A DNA stretch of 64,000 nt from Lytechinus pictus (Eukaryota): positions 20,090,001 to 20,154,000 of the forward strand of contig NC_087245.1 in NCBI RefSeq assembly GCF_037042905.1, in the 5' to 3' direction. Position numbers and translations under genes: made by a program. Shown here piece by piece: positions 52,987-64,000 of this stretch. The notes under the pieces are model-generated. The model did no database searches. It was given only the letters and a program-made list of their open reading frames with translations, and was not told where the DNA came from. Numbering within the stretch: position 1 is the first letter of the stretch; each line of letters begins with the position of its first letter.

Positions 52987-53690
52987 AGGACATACAAGTC
53001 CAACTCAGAAAAACGTTGAATTGAATGTGAATAGAAAAAAAAAACTATATATAGCATAACGCATAAAACTTCAACAGTTACGGATGTCAATTAAAAAAAT
53101 TATGAACTTTTACAGTATCGCTTTGAAATGCAGTTATATGCACATCCTGGTCGGTATGCAAATGTGGGGACCGATGTCATCCACTTAAAATCCTTTTGTA
53201 TGTTACTACTATAAATTAATAAATAATAATGATAATTGGATTTATATAGCATTTTTCAAGAGGATACAAAAGCGCTGTTGATGGCATAAGACAAGTTAAG
53301 GTTTATGGTTATATAAGTGTGTTTTGAGATGTTTGTTATCATAATTATGACATGAGATAATTTTCCTTATCCTGATGTGATACAAGTTTTGAATCCCTCT
53401 TGAGTATGTATAGTATTACCATATATGCAACCTCTTATCACCATGAAGATGCCTCCTTATTGTTCAATCTGCATAAATCGAAATATTTCATATGTCATAT
53501 AAAATACAAATTAAAAAATGAGTGACATCAATGGTTCTATCTTATGCATACCGTTGTATTATGCAAATAATTGTTTTGTGAAAAAGAAGAGAAACTTTAC
53601 AATATCATAATTTTGTTAATTTAAATCCGACTTCGATGATATTTTCAGCATTCCGCTTGTTCCATTCCCTCTCCCCCCATTTTCAAATAT
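52987..53690 (+). mobile_element. Diverged copy of MITE family A with a ~130-bp retroposon-tail insertion (~53215-53345)
   Basis: TTAAAGGACATACAAGTCCAAC start; CAGTTATATGCACATCCTGGTCGGTATGCAAATG core shared with the copy at ~12710. Confidence 0.65.
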
Positions 53691-53912
53691 ACTTGTCATA
53701 CATATTCAATATAATCGATAATACAGACAAATCAATGAAATTTCGTAACAAATGTGTGTTAGGGTAGATTTGACCTGTATATAGGTAAGGAAATAAGACC
53801 TGCAAACAGTACAACGTTGGTGTTAAATATGGGCGATTTTGATGATCGGCACTAACTGCTTGACTCATTATCATAGCTTTTCCTCATTGAATTATCTGAC
53901 ATGCAACAACAG

Positions 53913-53990
53913 AAAAGGTCCTCGCTATTCGGACACACACACAAAACAGGTCCTCGCTATTTCGACGCATACAAAAAGGTCCTCGCTATT
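53913..53990. repeat. Minisatellite, three copies of AGGTCCTCGCTATT at ~30-bp period
   Basis: Copies start at 53916, 53948 and 53977; the intervening sequences are related (GACACACACACAAAA / GACGCATACAAAA). Confidence 0.85.
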
Positions 53991-56399
53991 TTCAAATTAC
54001 GCTAATTCCTTAAGATCTTTACGGGATTATACGAGTTTGAAGTCGAAAATAGTGAGTTAATTCAATTGCCATGGATAACGACAGATTCCAAGAGGGTCAA
54101 AATTATGCTTAAAAGAATCATTGGGTCACCACTCCAACTCATATGCACCCCTTGACGTCAATTTGGCGACCTTGATATTGGTATTGCTATATCTTGGAGG
54201 CATACATATCAAGATGCAGCCTTGAACCACGCGGATAAAAACGGCGTCCATCATCTTACCCCCAAGTTTATTCTTCTCAAGAAAGGACAAAAATCAATTC
54301 CGACCATAGGGGGTGATCTGCGACCCTCTGGCCCTGGAGTGGAATATTGTACATCCTTCGCAACCCTTTGGAGGATGCAAGACGAGAGAGGAGTGGAGGA
54401 ACTTGAATGGCAGGAGATTCGAAGGATTAACTAGCTATGGGGTAGTGTGGTGTAGGGGGTCACCGGATATCGGTATCACGAAGATGGAGGGAAGGTGCCA
54501 ATGATGAGGAAACAGAGGAAGAGGCCAAAGTAATGTAGGGCTGAATTAGATGCGAAGAAAACAATACAACTGGCACTGACGATGAAAGTGGAAAGAATAT
54601 GTTGGAAGGAGGGGTATGGTAATATACGGCAGTGAATACAGTAATTAACAAAACGAATCAGGATATTGGTGTAAAAACTTTAAATACGTCAAAAACATGA
54701 TGACTGGGATCGTTACTACATGATTAGATCTTTTAATGGGCTCATTCTAATTCTTGTCCACTTCTTTGTTCCAGAATGGGCTTACATCGATTTCCCAAGT
54801 TCTTGGTCAAAATGACTATTTACTTCTGATCGCGCGCCCGCATGGTACGTTTGTCGTCTTTAGAGGAATTAATTTTCTGTTGTTTTGTTAAAGATTTATT
54901 TTCTTATCAAGGATGGAGACCAACGTTTCCCCCCCCCCTTGCAATCAGAACGGGTTGACCTTGATCCTTGGGGGAAATGAGCACTCACGAGTATTACTGC
55001 TTCTCAACATGCCATTGATTTTGGGTTCATCGTTGTTGGGGGAAAGTGACATCCATCTCTTCTCTCTAACTTCCCTTTTCCCCTCTCATCGTTTCTTCCT
55101 TTAAGCTCTCTCCCCCCTTCCCTTTCACTGACATGCCCCCTATCCTTCTTCTTTAACTTCTCAAAGTTGTACCTCTTCAGGTTTACGTCAGTGCTTATGT
55201 TTATATCCCCGTTAATTTTATTTATTAGAACATTAAAATATATATACAGTGAATGTAGATCTCTTGATCGAAAGGAGCGAAAGAAATTATGAGAAATTAT
55301 AATGAGGTGTAAGCATGTGAAATTGTGAATTGTCGATCATCCCTTATCATGTGAACGACATCAGACATCACGCTTATGAATGATAAAAGGTTTCAATTCT
55401 TAATGATATTGGAGAGATGAGCGTAGTAACACAGAAATGTAACACGCACAGTGGTTGGTCCATTATTTACAATATGAGAGCCGAAAACAAATCTAGATGA
55501 GGATGTTCCTCAGTGTCATGGCCCTGGATTGGAAAGCGGGGTGCTGAAAGTGTCGTTGGTATGCAATAATGTAGAGATTGTACCGAGATAAACATTATTT
55601 GGGAGTGGAAACTTATGAACCCATAATTGTTTGCTTGTCAAGTTTTATTTAAAAAAAAACAAGCATCCCCTCTTAGAAAACCGCTCCCAGACAGACAAAA
55701 AAGAGTTTGTTCATCAATTGACCCAGGCGGGTCAATTCAACATATAATATAGAAAAAGTCTAAGAAAATTGTAATCTGCACCCCTCTATTTTCAAATATG
55801 CTATTTGCGCCCCTCTTTTTCGAATCCTGAATTGGCCACTGCAACCAAAGGACAAAAAGGAACACTCGATATTATAGGATGGACCTAAAAGCCTTTCTAA
55901 ATTTTTGGTAAAGGGAAATGTGATACACGTTAAAATATTATCCTTTAAATTCTATTAAGTGTTATAGCCTTCCCTTCATCTCTCTTGGTTCGTTGATTCT
56001 CAATGAAAATGCGAATTTAACAGTTGAGTTTACTTTATTTTGCATTGCACAAGTGCTATATAATTAAATTTACTATTTTATACTATCTGACAATGAATCT
56101 AAACTTTGAAAAATTGATACTCATCAGATTTACCAAAACTTAATAACATTCTTAATTTAAAGCACAAGGATGTCCTATGAGGAGAGGACTATTGATTTAC
56201 CCCCTCCAAAACCCCTGGTAGATTACTTCCCCCAACAGGCCACATGAATATCGGTTTAAAGTGACAGTATTTTTGTTTAATACTGTATATATTTTACAAA
56301 AGAAAGAATCATTAAAAGCATTAGACATCGACGAAACAACTTGTGTGATATAACAAATAAGAGAGCCAAATCGGATTTCATGCTAATGCAGAGTATAGA

Positions 56400-56525
56400 C
56401 GGAGAAGTAGAGGGAGAGGTAGAAGAAGAAGAAGAAGAAAAAGAAGAAGATAAAGAAAAAGAAGAAGACGACGACGAAGAAGAAAAAGAAAGAGAAGAAA
56501 AATGGAGAAAACGCAGGAGAAAGGT
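56400..56525. repeat. (GAA)n/(GAC)n purine-rich simple repeat
   Basis: Direct reading; source of the poly-E/S/F ORFs at 56277-56650. Confidence 0.9.
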
Positions 56526-59500
56526 GGAAAATATAAGGGCAAATAATAAAACAAGATTGTGAAGTCGTTGGAATAAAGAAAAAAAAACCAGAGGAGGAGA
56601 ACAAAACAATTAAAATAGAAATGAGTATGAAAATATGACGTAGAACACAAAATGAAGAAAATAAGCTAAATAAGAAACCAGGAAGGAAACGGGGATAAAG
56701 GCAGCAATGTAAAACAAAAAATAGTTTGTGGATGGATGATCGTACTTAGAAAGGAAAATTAATTACAGTGGATAATACATAATGTTAATTACCAGACAGC
56801 TGAATAAAGATAGATAATTGCTCCTTGTCAATCAGCTTGAATCGAGTAACGTGAAGACTGATATTGTCACCGGAATGTACAGATAAGATTTATAATATTT
56901 ATCAATATAATCTCTAGATGAGAGAAGGTTAATGAACAGATGAGATGGACATGATATTCACGTGGACATCGTTGGGGCCCCATGAAGGTTCAAAGTTTAT
57001 TCTTTGTCACATAATGTGTTTTATTTTTCACTGTCACTTTTATCAAGGAGTTTTAAGGGTTCCGTGACATTTGCTCTCTGGATGGAGAACCATCCAACCC
57101 ATGCCCTTTAAACCACTTTGATGCCGCAGTGATGAAATATGTCAGGCATAATTTACGTTTCATTAGATTTTTCTTGCAGATTGTAGACAAAATATCGCTA
57201 CCTAACTACAGACTTACTGGCCAGATACAAAAGGAAATATGATTTTCAGTTTTTGTAATGATAATTACTTTTCGCTGCCTCTGGTCAGATTTTATGAGCA
57301 AACACGTTGTAAACTTTAACGGGGGAAAGCAAAAATAAATGCTGCAATATTTATTGAAACATGATTTTAAAATTTCTCGACTGGCCGCAAGTGGCCGCAA
57401 CTGTGACACGTTATATCAAAGATATATATATTCCCTGAAACTAATCTTATTTGTTGTAATGTGGAAATGTATGGAAATTTGTCAAATGTTGATTTAAAAA
57501 TTATGCGTATTTGTCCATGTTTAAAGCTGACAACGATGGACACCAAACAATACCCCTAATTTCTAGTACCCAGAATTTATTATATTTAGCATAATTTTGA
57601 AAGCGAATTCCCATTGTTTATCCATTATTCAGGGAGTTCGTCAAATTGAAGAAGTTTCACTAAGGTATCTCATTTACTAGTACTAGTCCATAGCTGTGCT
57701 GTGGAACATTTGATTAAAAAAACAACAAGGTGAACACAAAGAGAAACGCATGTTCCACTTTTCGAAAATGAGTTATTTGAAACCTTTAGTTATGTACAAC
57801 ATATGTGCAGTTTTACGCTATTCCCTGCATACCTGACATGGTAGCAACATATTTACAACAAATGAGAGCAAAATATATATGAAATATGTAGATAAGTTAA
57901 TTGCATCAGATGAATACCCTGTTTGAGCACGTCACATTTTGGTGTCCTCAAATTGACTATTTTTCCCATAAAAAGCCTTGTAAAATGAAAATGACTTTGT
58001 TTTTTATCCTAGTTTTTCTGTACTATCTCTACATCATGGGATAAGGATATCTTTAAATATACCAACAAATTTGACCTTATAATATTTGAAATATGACATG
58101 TTCAAAACTCTGTTGGAAAATCTCTCCACTATCATAAAAATATTCATATGAAATATGAAATATCTTACATTTACAACTGCCTCTATGTTCTTTCTCAATT
58201 TTAAGTGAACATCCACTTCATAACACCTTTTAGTACAAATACTGTGTATACTAGTATCTCCATGTTGCATGTATCATATTCATAAACACTTATCTAAAAC
58301 TGAAGTAATATATTCACTAATTTTCTTACCATACTCTCATACTCTCTCCCTCTATCTCTCTCTCTTTCCCTCACCCTTTCCAAACGTTTCCTTCTCCCAA
58401 TGCCCCCTACCCCTAAAAAAATATGAAAGGATTAAAAGGAAATAATGGTTAATGGTTACAATAGGAGATCAATAATTTGAATGTGGAACTTGTGGATAAT
58501 GATAAAAATGACATGAAATATTTGATAATGGCTATGAAGATTAGACTTTGAGTACAATTTTGTAGTAAATGGTCATAATTAAGAATTATGTTTGAAGTAC
58601 CATTTCATTTTACTCAAATCAGAACACTTTCACACAATTGGATAAAAAATGAGAATAGAACTTTATAAATGAATTATCTGTAAATTACAAAGTGCAATGA
58701 AAGTTTCTTCTCATCATTCAAATAACTCAAGTAATATAATATTTGAATTTCCCGAATAATACAGGTCAATTTAATGAAAAGACATTTTTCATTTAAAAAA
58801 ATAAGTCTTAGAATTAAGGTGTTGGCTCTCTGCAGTGTTAGCTGGAATGAAGATCAATGTTCATCTTGATTTTCATTCATAACTTTCAGACTTAGATTCA
58901 TTTTATAAAAATGGATCAGAATTGCCGAAAATATCTGAGAAGTTAGCAATTTTTTTTGCAGGTACATACTATCAAAGTGCCAACCACATGAACTTTAAGA
59001 ATGAATGGGATTTCCTGTTTATGCAACATATATGCAAATCATTGTGCACATAGAAAAATGCCGCGGTGAGTGCCCCAGCATAGCATTGAAATATATGGAT
59101 CATGTGTGTGATCATTTGAATAGTTTTAATGAAAATTCACCCAATATCATATCAAGATTATGTTATTCAGAATCATCGTCAATTCCACTATCGCACAATG
59201 ATATTTACACTGATAGACGCTTAATTTGAAACTAAACATTTTTTGGAAATACCTTTAAAAAAATATATATTTGCATACCGCCATGTAAAAGGAAAAGATA
59301 CAATAAGTTTATGGCTGCTTGGCCAGATATTACTTGGTCAAGTTCTAGACTGTAAGACAATGGCTAAACCCACTTGGTTTATTATCAAAACATTCTAAAT
59401 TTGTTCAATCATCATTAGGGCTAATTATGAAGTTATTTCATAATAAAAAGGTCTGAATAAGAAAATAATTTTTCTCAAAACTTGCCCTGCTTGAATTACT

Positions 59501-59559
59501 TGGAACGAAAAAGGGCAATAGTCAGGCCTGGAAATGGCTTGTATGATTTCTTTTATCAT

Positions 59560-59852
59560 TAATAATAATCATAAAAATAGTTCTTGTATGGCGCACAACA
59601 CATTATGAATAACGTCTCTATCTTCCAAAGAACTTGGATATTATTACCTTGGCTGTAGCTCAAGCAACCTTCCAGTGCTCAGTGCATTTAAAAGAATAAA
59701 TTCCTGCCAGGCACCCATTCACCTCACCTGGGTTGAGTGCAGCACAAAGTGGATAAATTTCTTGCGGAAGGAAACTACGCCATGGCTGGGATTTGAACCC
59801 ACGACCCTCCATTTCAAAGTCCGGAGACTAATCCACTGGGCCACAACGCTCC
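59560..59852 (-). mobile_element. tRNA-derived SINE, same family as 30757-31080
   Basis: Near-identical 5' half (CTAATCCACTGGGCCACAACGCTCC; CCCATTCACCTCACCTGGGT); B box variant GGTTCAAATCC; (ATT)n tail. Confidence 0.88.
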
Positions 59853-59967
59853 GCTGACTATTAGCCAAGGTTGGATTGCGTGTGTTCTTGCTCAAAGCCA
59901 GCAAAAGGGAAAAGGCAAATTTTATGCTTCATTTCACATAAATAAACATTTCGCTTTTGCTCTGGTC

Positions 59968-60148
59968 CAGGGGTGTGAGTGGTCACAAATAAAAAGATCT
60001 GAAAAAAGCTGAAGAGTGTTGAAAAAGTCTGAAATAGAAAGAGCTCCCATACTTTTTGTACAAAGGCCAAAAATAAGCTGAAATTAAGCTGAAAATCAAA
60101 ACAAAAAAAATCTGAAATCAGATAAAAATCTGAACTCTCACACCCTTG
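59968..60148. mobile_element. 181-bp hAT-superfamily MITE
   Basis: TIR CAGGGGTGTGAG/CTCACACCCTTG (1 mismatch); 8-bp TSD CTCTGGTC/CTCTGGCC; many AA(G/T)CTGAA subterminal motifs. Confidence 0.8.
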
Positions 60149-60922
60149 CTCTGGCCTTATGTTTTCAACAATACCAGTCATAAGAGTTTGAACAAAATCA
60201 AAGACAGCTTCCAATTTTCAATGATTCACTATGTGAACAAAATTTAAAAAAAAATCTGTCAAGAATCATATCAAAGAGGTCTACCAGTATCTAAATATTT
60301 ACAAATAATTGGACTAACACAGTTAAATGGCACTACTTCAACATCCAAATAAAAATCATATGAATAATAATACTTTTGCAGTTATTTCATCATCCTCGGC
60401 AATGTGTTGTGAAACGGTTGATACTTCTGGGTACATGGAGCTAGACAAACATCTAATCATCTGGTTTTCTTTGCATTATTTACAAGATGAAATTCCTCTT
60501 AGGTTGAAAAAAAATTAGCTTGTATATCTGATTGAAAGATATATTTGACAGATTGTTTATCGACTTGAAGATAATTAATCCTCACTCACACACAATTAGT
60601 AAAGATAGAGATTCACAAAACATCTCATGTACAAGATGGATCACTGACCAAAAATGTAAATCAAGTGAAGACACTCAGCATTCGAAGCAAACTTCTTAAG
60701 ATCTTCCTGACTACATTCCTCCAAAAATTAACAGAAAATATATTGCAGGAATAATAAATCAATTTTGCACCTCGCAGACTTGATATTTGTGAAATTCATC
60801 AAATATGTTTTGCAGTCATGATGATGTATAACATCTAGGATGCTTGGTGTCTGAAAAATCTCACTGTTTGTCCAGCAACTGCCATTCTTAAAGGAGACAC
60901 TCTTAAAGATAAGACAAACTCC

Positions 60923-61082
60923 TCATTTTCTGATGTTCGCATATCTTACATGTTCTTGATCTGAAATCTCCTCATTGAACGTCTTCATTCTGTTCTTGCT
61001 CTTCAAGATCTCATACCGATTTTTGTCCACACTCACTTTGGCCATGGCAAATGATGAAACACCTATCACAACGATGCCAGCC
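60923..61082 (-). CDS. Exon 2 (last coding exon) of a 65-aa single-pass membrane micro-protein, DUF4748-like
   Basis: Acceptor gtttactttccacag|GGCTGGC; encodes (W)AGIVVIGVSSFAMAKVSVDKNRYEILKSKNRMKTFNEEISDQEHVRYANIRK*; phase 2 matches exon 1. Confidence 0.85.
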
Positions 61083-62189
61083 CTGTGGAAAGTAAACCAC
61101 GAGTTAGACATAGAATTACTCAAGAGGCCAAGTACCATTGCGCACACTTGCAATTTCTCATGCACCAATTTGTCCAGGGAAATTGAGTAACAGTATTTTG
61201 CATTCCATATGAGCAAAATTAATACAAATATCAGGAGAGTTTTTCATTAAAAGAAATAGTATGAATTAATTAAACTGTAAGACAATTAATATGACCATTC
61301 ATTAAACCATCAAAGCTACATATAAATAATATAAAGTACTGATAAGATGAAAAGCTTTTCACTACATACATAACTAATGAGAGAGGACAAGTTACAACAC
61401 TACATGTACATCATTAAACCTGTTCAATAGTCATTAACACTAATACATCACAAAGGCCAGGCAAGAATGAAAACATTTTCTGGGGATAAGAAAAAAAAAG
61501 AAAAAAAAAATATATATTATATCTACCACCTCCGGAACTAAATCAGATCAGCAGAACAACAAAGTTTTGACCATAACCGAGGCAAAACATGTTTACTACC
61601 AGTCTACCACTGCATAAGCCATGTCCACGATTTTAACTTTGACACTGACCAAGCTTTTGCCCTCAGGCCTATATACATGTAAGTACGTTGTGTGATTACC
61701 TCTACGAAATTATTGTCTTCATTCTTAAAACTTTACCCCATTCAGCACTCAATTTCACTTATGGTGGAGTGACCTTAATTCATGTATTATTCTGCGAACA
61801 GTCTTAAAGATAAAATCTGCATTTGTGAAAATATTGGCAAAACATTGGCTTCTGCAGTCGCAAGTATCGCTGTGGCCACCGGCCACGTATTCTGGCGATT
61901 GCAATGTTTTCGAATCAGCGGTGAATTAATAACGTGCGAAGATAATAAGTATGGGCTTTAAATCATTGATTTTGATACTGATCAAAGCATAGACATGGAG
62001 TGAAATAGAGTGAAACACGAGAGTACATCTCACAGATTCATGGTTAAGGACTATTTTTGCATCAATTTAATCGAGCAGACCACCAAAAAATCCCACCTTT
62101 GTGAATCAATGTGTCAATATCTATGGATTTGTGTAGTGTTAGCAGTACCAAAGTGTAGTGGAACATACACGAACCATTACCTGGCTTAA

Positions 62190-62427
62190 AGGTCAAGTCC
62201 ATTTCATACAATAAAATACAAAAGAAATAGTGAGTGGATGACGTCATAGTCTCCTCATTTGCATACCAGCCTGGATGTGCATATAACTGTTTTGGGAAAT
62301 TAAGCAAACATTAAATACCATAACTTTTTTTATTTTATATGGGATTTTGATGAAATTTTCAGTGTTATGCTTGTTCGATTTTTCTCTTTTTATTCAAATC
62401 AACTTTTTGTTGGGGTGGACTTGTCCT
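62190..62427 (-). mobile_element. Internally deleted MITE family A copy with both ends and TTAA flanks
   Basis: TTAA|AGGTCAAGTCCA joined directly to the distal ~225 bp of the 34231-type body, ending GGACTTGTCCT|TTAA. Confidence 0.85.
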
Positions 62428-63804
62428 TTAAGTATCCATATAATATTCACTTAATGTTATGTTTTGCCCTCATTGGTAGATCTCTACTCGTATAGTGACT
62501 GATTGTATTACTGACCGGCCTTGTATTTGTATCACCACACGCCCGCATTTACGCCTCAGAAAATAAGACAATACCTTTAAAACTTTGCAACATTATTCCA
62601 AAGGGAAATTGAATAGAAAAAAAGTGCAAAATTAAAAACCCCAAAACACACTTTCAAAGTCTTTATTTTCTAAAAATAACAAAATATGGTCAAACTTTTC
62701 CCCACAGAAAACACACGCTCAGTAATACAACACCATTTTCAAGTGACAAAAATATTTCAAAATGCGATGAGGGATGTGATTGGAAGCTGACAGCGTAAAA
62801 AAGAAACTTATTATTATAACAATTATTTATAATCACTATTAAATTTTAGTATTTGTTAAATAATAATTTTTATGTATACATTGTTCTTCAAAACGGCACT
62901 TTGTAACATCGCTAATAGTAGCTACATCATAACGAAGCGGTTCAAGGGTCAGATCTATTGTATTTGCTTTGTTGACAAACGGATCGAGGGATCTACACAA
63001 GATCGGTCTGGTAAGAAACCTTCAATTTTTCGCCTTTTCATTAACCAATTTTGGAAACCGTCATACGCATTAGGCGTATGAAGGTGTAAAAGTAAATAAA
63101 ATCACCATTTACGTGATTTTTATCTTGAAAAGATGGATTTCCTAGGGAAATCCATCTTTGTTTTGGTGAGTCTCTTATACATATATGGCAGGCGGTTCAA
63201 GGCTCCATGATGATCGTATATGTCAAAATATTGAAAAAAACATCATCATGGAGTCCTCAAGCCAGGCTAGTTCTTGGCTCCACTCACCAAATACAGAGAC
63301 CGAAGTTCTAGCTCAATCTGTACAGGGACTCAATGGCCATACTATAGTTTATGTCACTCATTCAATGAACAAGGTTTATGTATTAAATTTGGATAAAACA
63401 GGGAAGTGAAGTTGCACCACAGCCAAAGTAAGTCACTGTTTTTTCCCATTATAAGTTTATTTTTCCCCGTTTTGGTACATTTCAGGCCAAAAAGGAATTT
63501 AATAATCTTTATTTTGGTACTTTTGCCTTTTGGTAGTTCTTTTTATGAAATAAAGACAAAATCAAAAATCGATGAGCCCCGTCAGGGGGATTTTGCATTC
63601 TTAACCCCCTAATGATGGCTGCACGATAGCGAGCCTTACGTGTACGCAGGAGAAAATAAAACAAAAAATGTTAAAAAGCTCCTCGAAACAGACGGCTGCC
63701 AGCTGTCTAGGACACTTCACCACCATTACCGCACAGGAATCAACATGTGGGACTACAGTCTACAAATATCGCTCATCATCATGATTTTCAACCGTACAAC
63801 TCAC

Positions 63805-63842
63805 CAACTAAGCATAATTTTTGCCGATTTACCAAGAGCCAT
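63805..63842 (-). CDS. Exon 1 of the 65-aa DUF4748-like micro-protein, MALGKSAKIMLS(W)
   Basis: attATGg start context; 38 nt; consensus donor TG|gtgagt; joins exon 2 to rebuild a TGG Trp codon and a 198-nt ORF. Confidence 0.85.
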
Positions 63843-64000
63843 AATTCATTACTTGCTTGAAAATAATTTCACAATAGAAATGCGATTAAACGGCGATGAG
63901 TCTTTGTGAGTTTGACTCTTTCTCCAACAGTCAACACTGATTCAGGCAGCGACACTCCACTTTCATAACCGGTACTTTTACGGTATACCTACTTTTACCC

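Noticed and set aside
53913..53990. Regularly spaced 14-bp repeat resembling a mini CRISPR array
   Set aside because: Only three short units, the spacers are related to each other, the context is eukaryotic and there are no cas genes; it is a minisatellite.
56277..56650. Poly-Glu/Ser/Phe ORFs
   Set aside because: They derive from the (GAA)n simple repeat.
57417..59258. Possible ~1.8-kb TTAA-ended element
   Set aside because: The right end ACCT|TTAA is suggestive, but a matching left terminus could not be established.
61083..61216. N-terminal part of ORF-track protein 60923..61216
   Set aside because: It lies upstream of a strong splice acceptor; exon 63805-63842 explains the real start better.
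1..64000. Prokaryote-style novel system (operon, defence island, autonomous transposase or RT)
   Set aside because: No long ORFs, operon structure or catalytic motifs in any frame; the window is intron- and repeat-rich animal DNA.

Overview
AT-rich eukaryotic (animal) genomic DNA. The repeat families resemble those I associate with sea urchins, which is an inference. I found no prokaryotic operon, CRISPR array, rRNA, intact tRNA or intact transposase/RT ORF; nearly all ORF-track entries are chance or microsatellite ORFs. Three gene models come from reading splice signals. (1) A large minus-strand gene starts at ATG 39373, with phase-1-compatible exons 39169-39373, 20583-20657 and probably 11980-12057. 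These encode a low-complexity S/G/N/Q/Y-rich N-terminus that I cannot name, and the gene continues past the left edge. (2) A complete two-exon minus-strand gene (63805-63842 + 60923-61082) encodes a 65-aa single-pass membrane micro-protein resembling DUF4748. (3) A tentative five-exon plus-strand ORF (40281-42157, 124 aa) lies head-to-head with gene 1. The rest is intron or intergenic DNA containing TTAA-flanked MITEs, hAT MITEs with 8-bp TSDs, tRNA-derived SINEs, LINE 3' ends, fold-back elements and microsatellites. Notable patterns: strong enrichment of TACATGTA and TAGGCCTA, mostly in gene bodies; perfect palindromes that look like template-switch or repair scars; a TGACC/GGTCA cluster; and a CpG-content shift near 39 kb.
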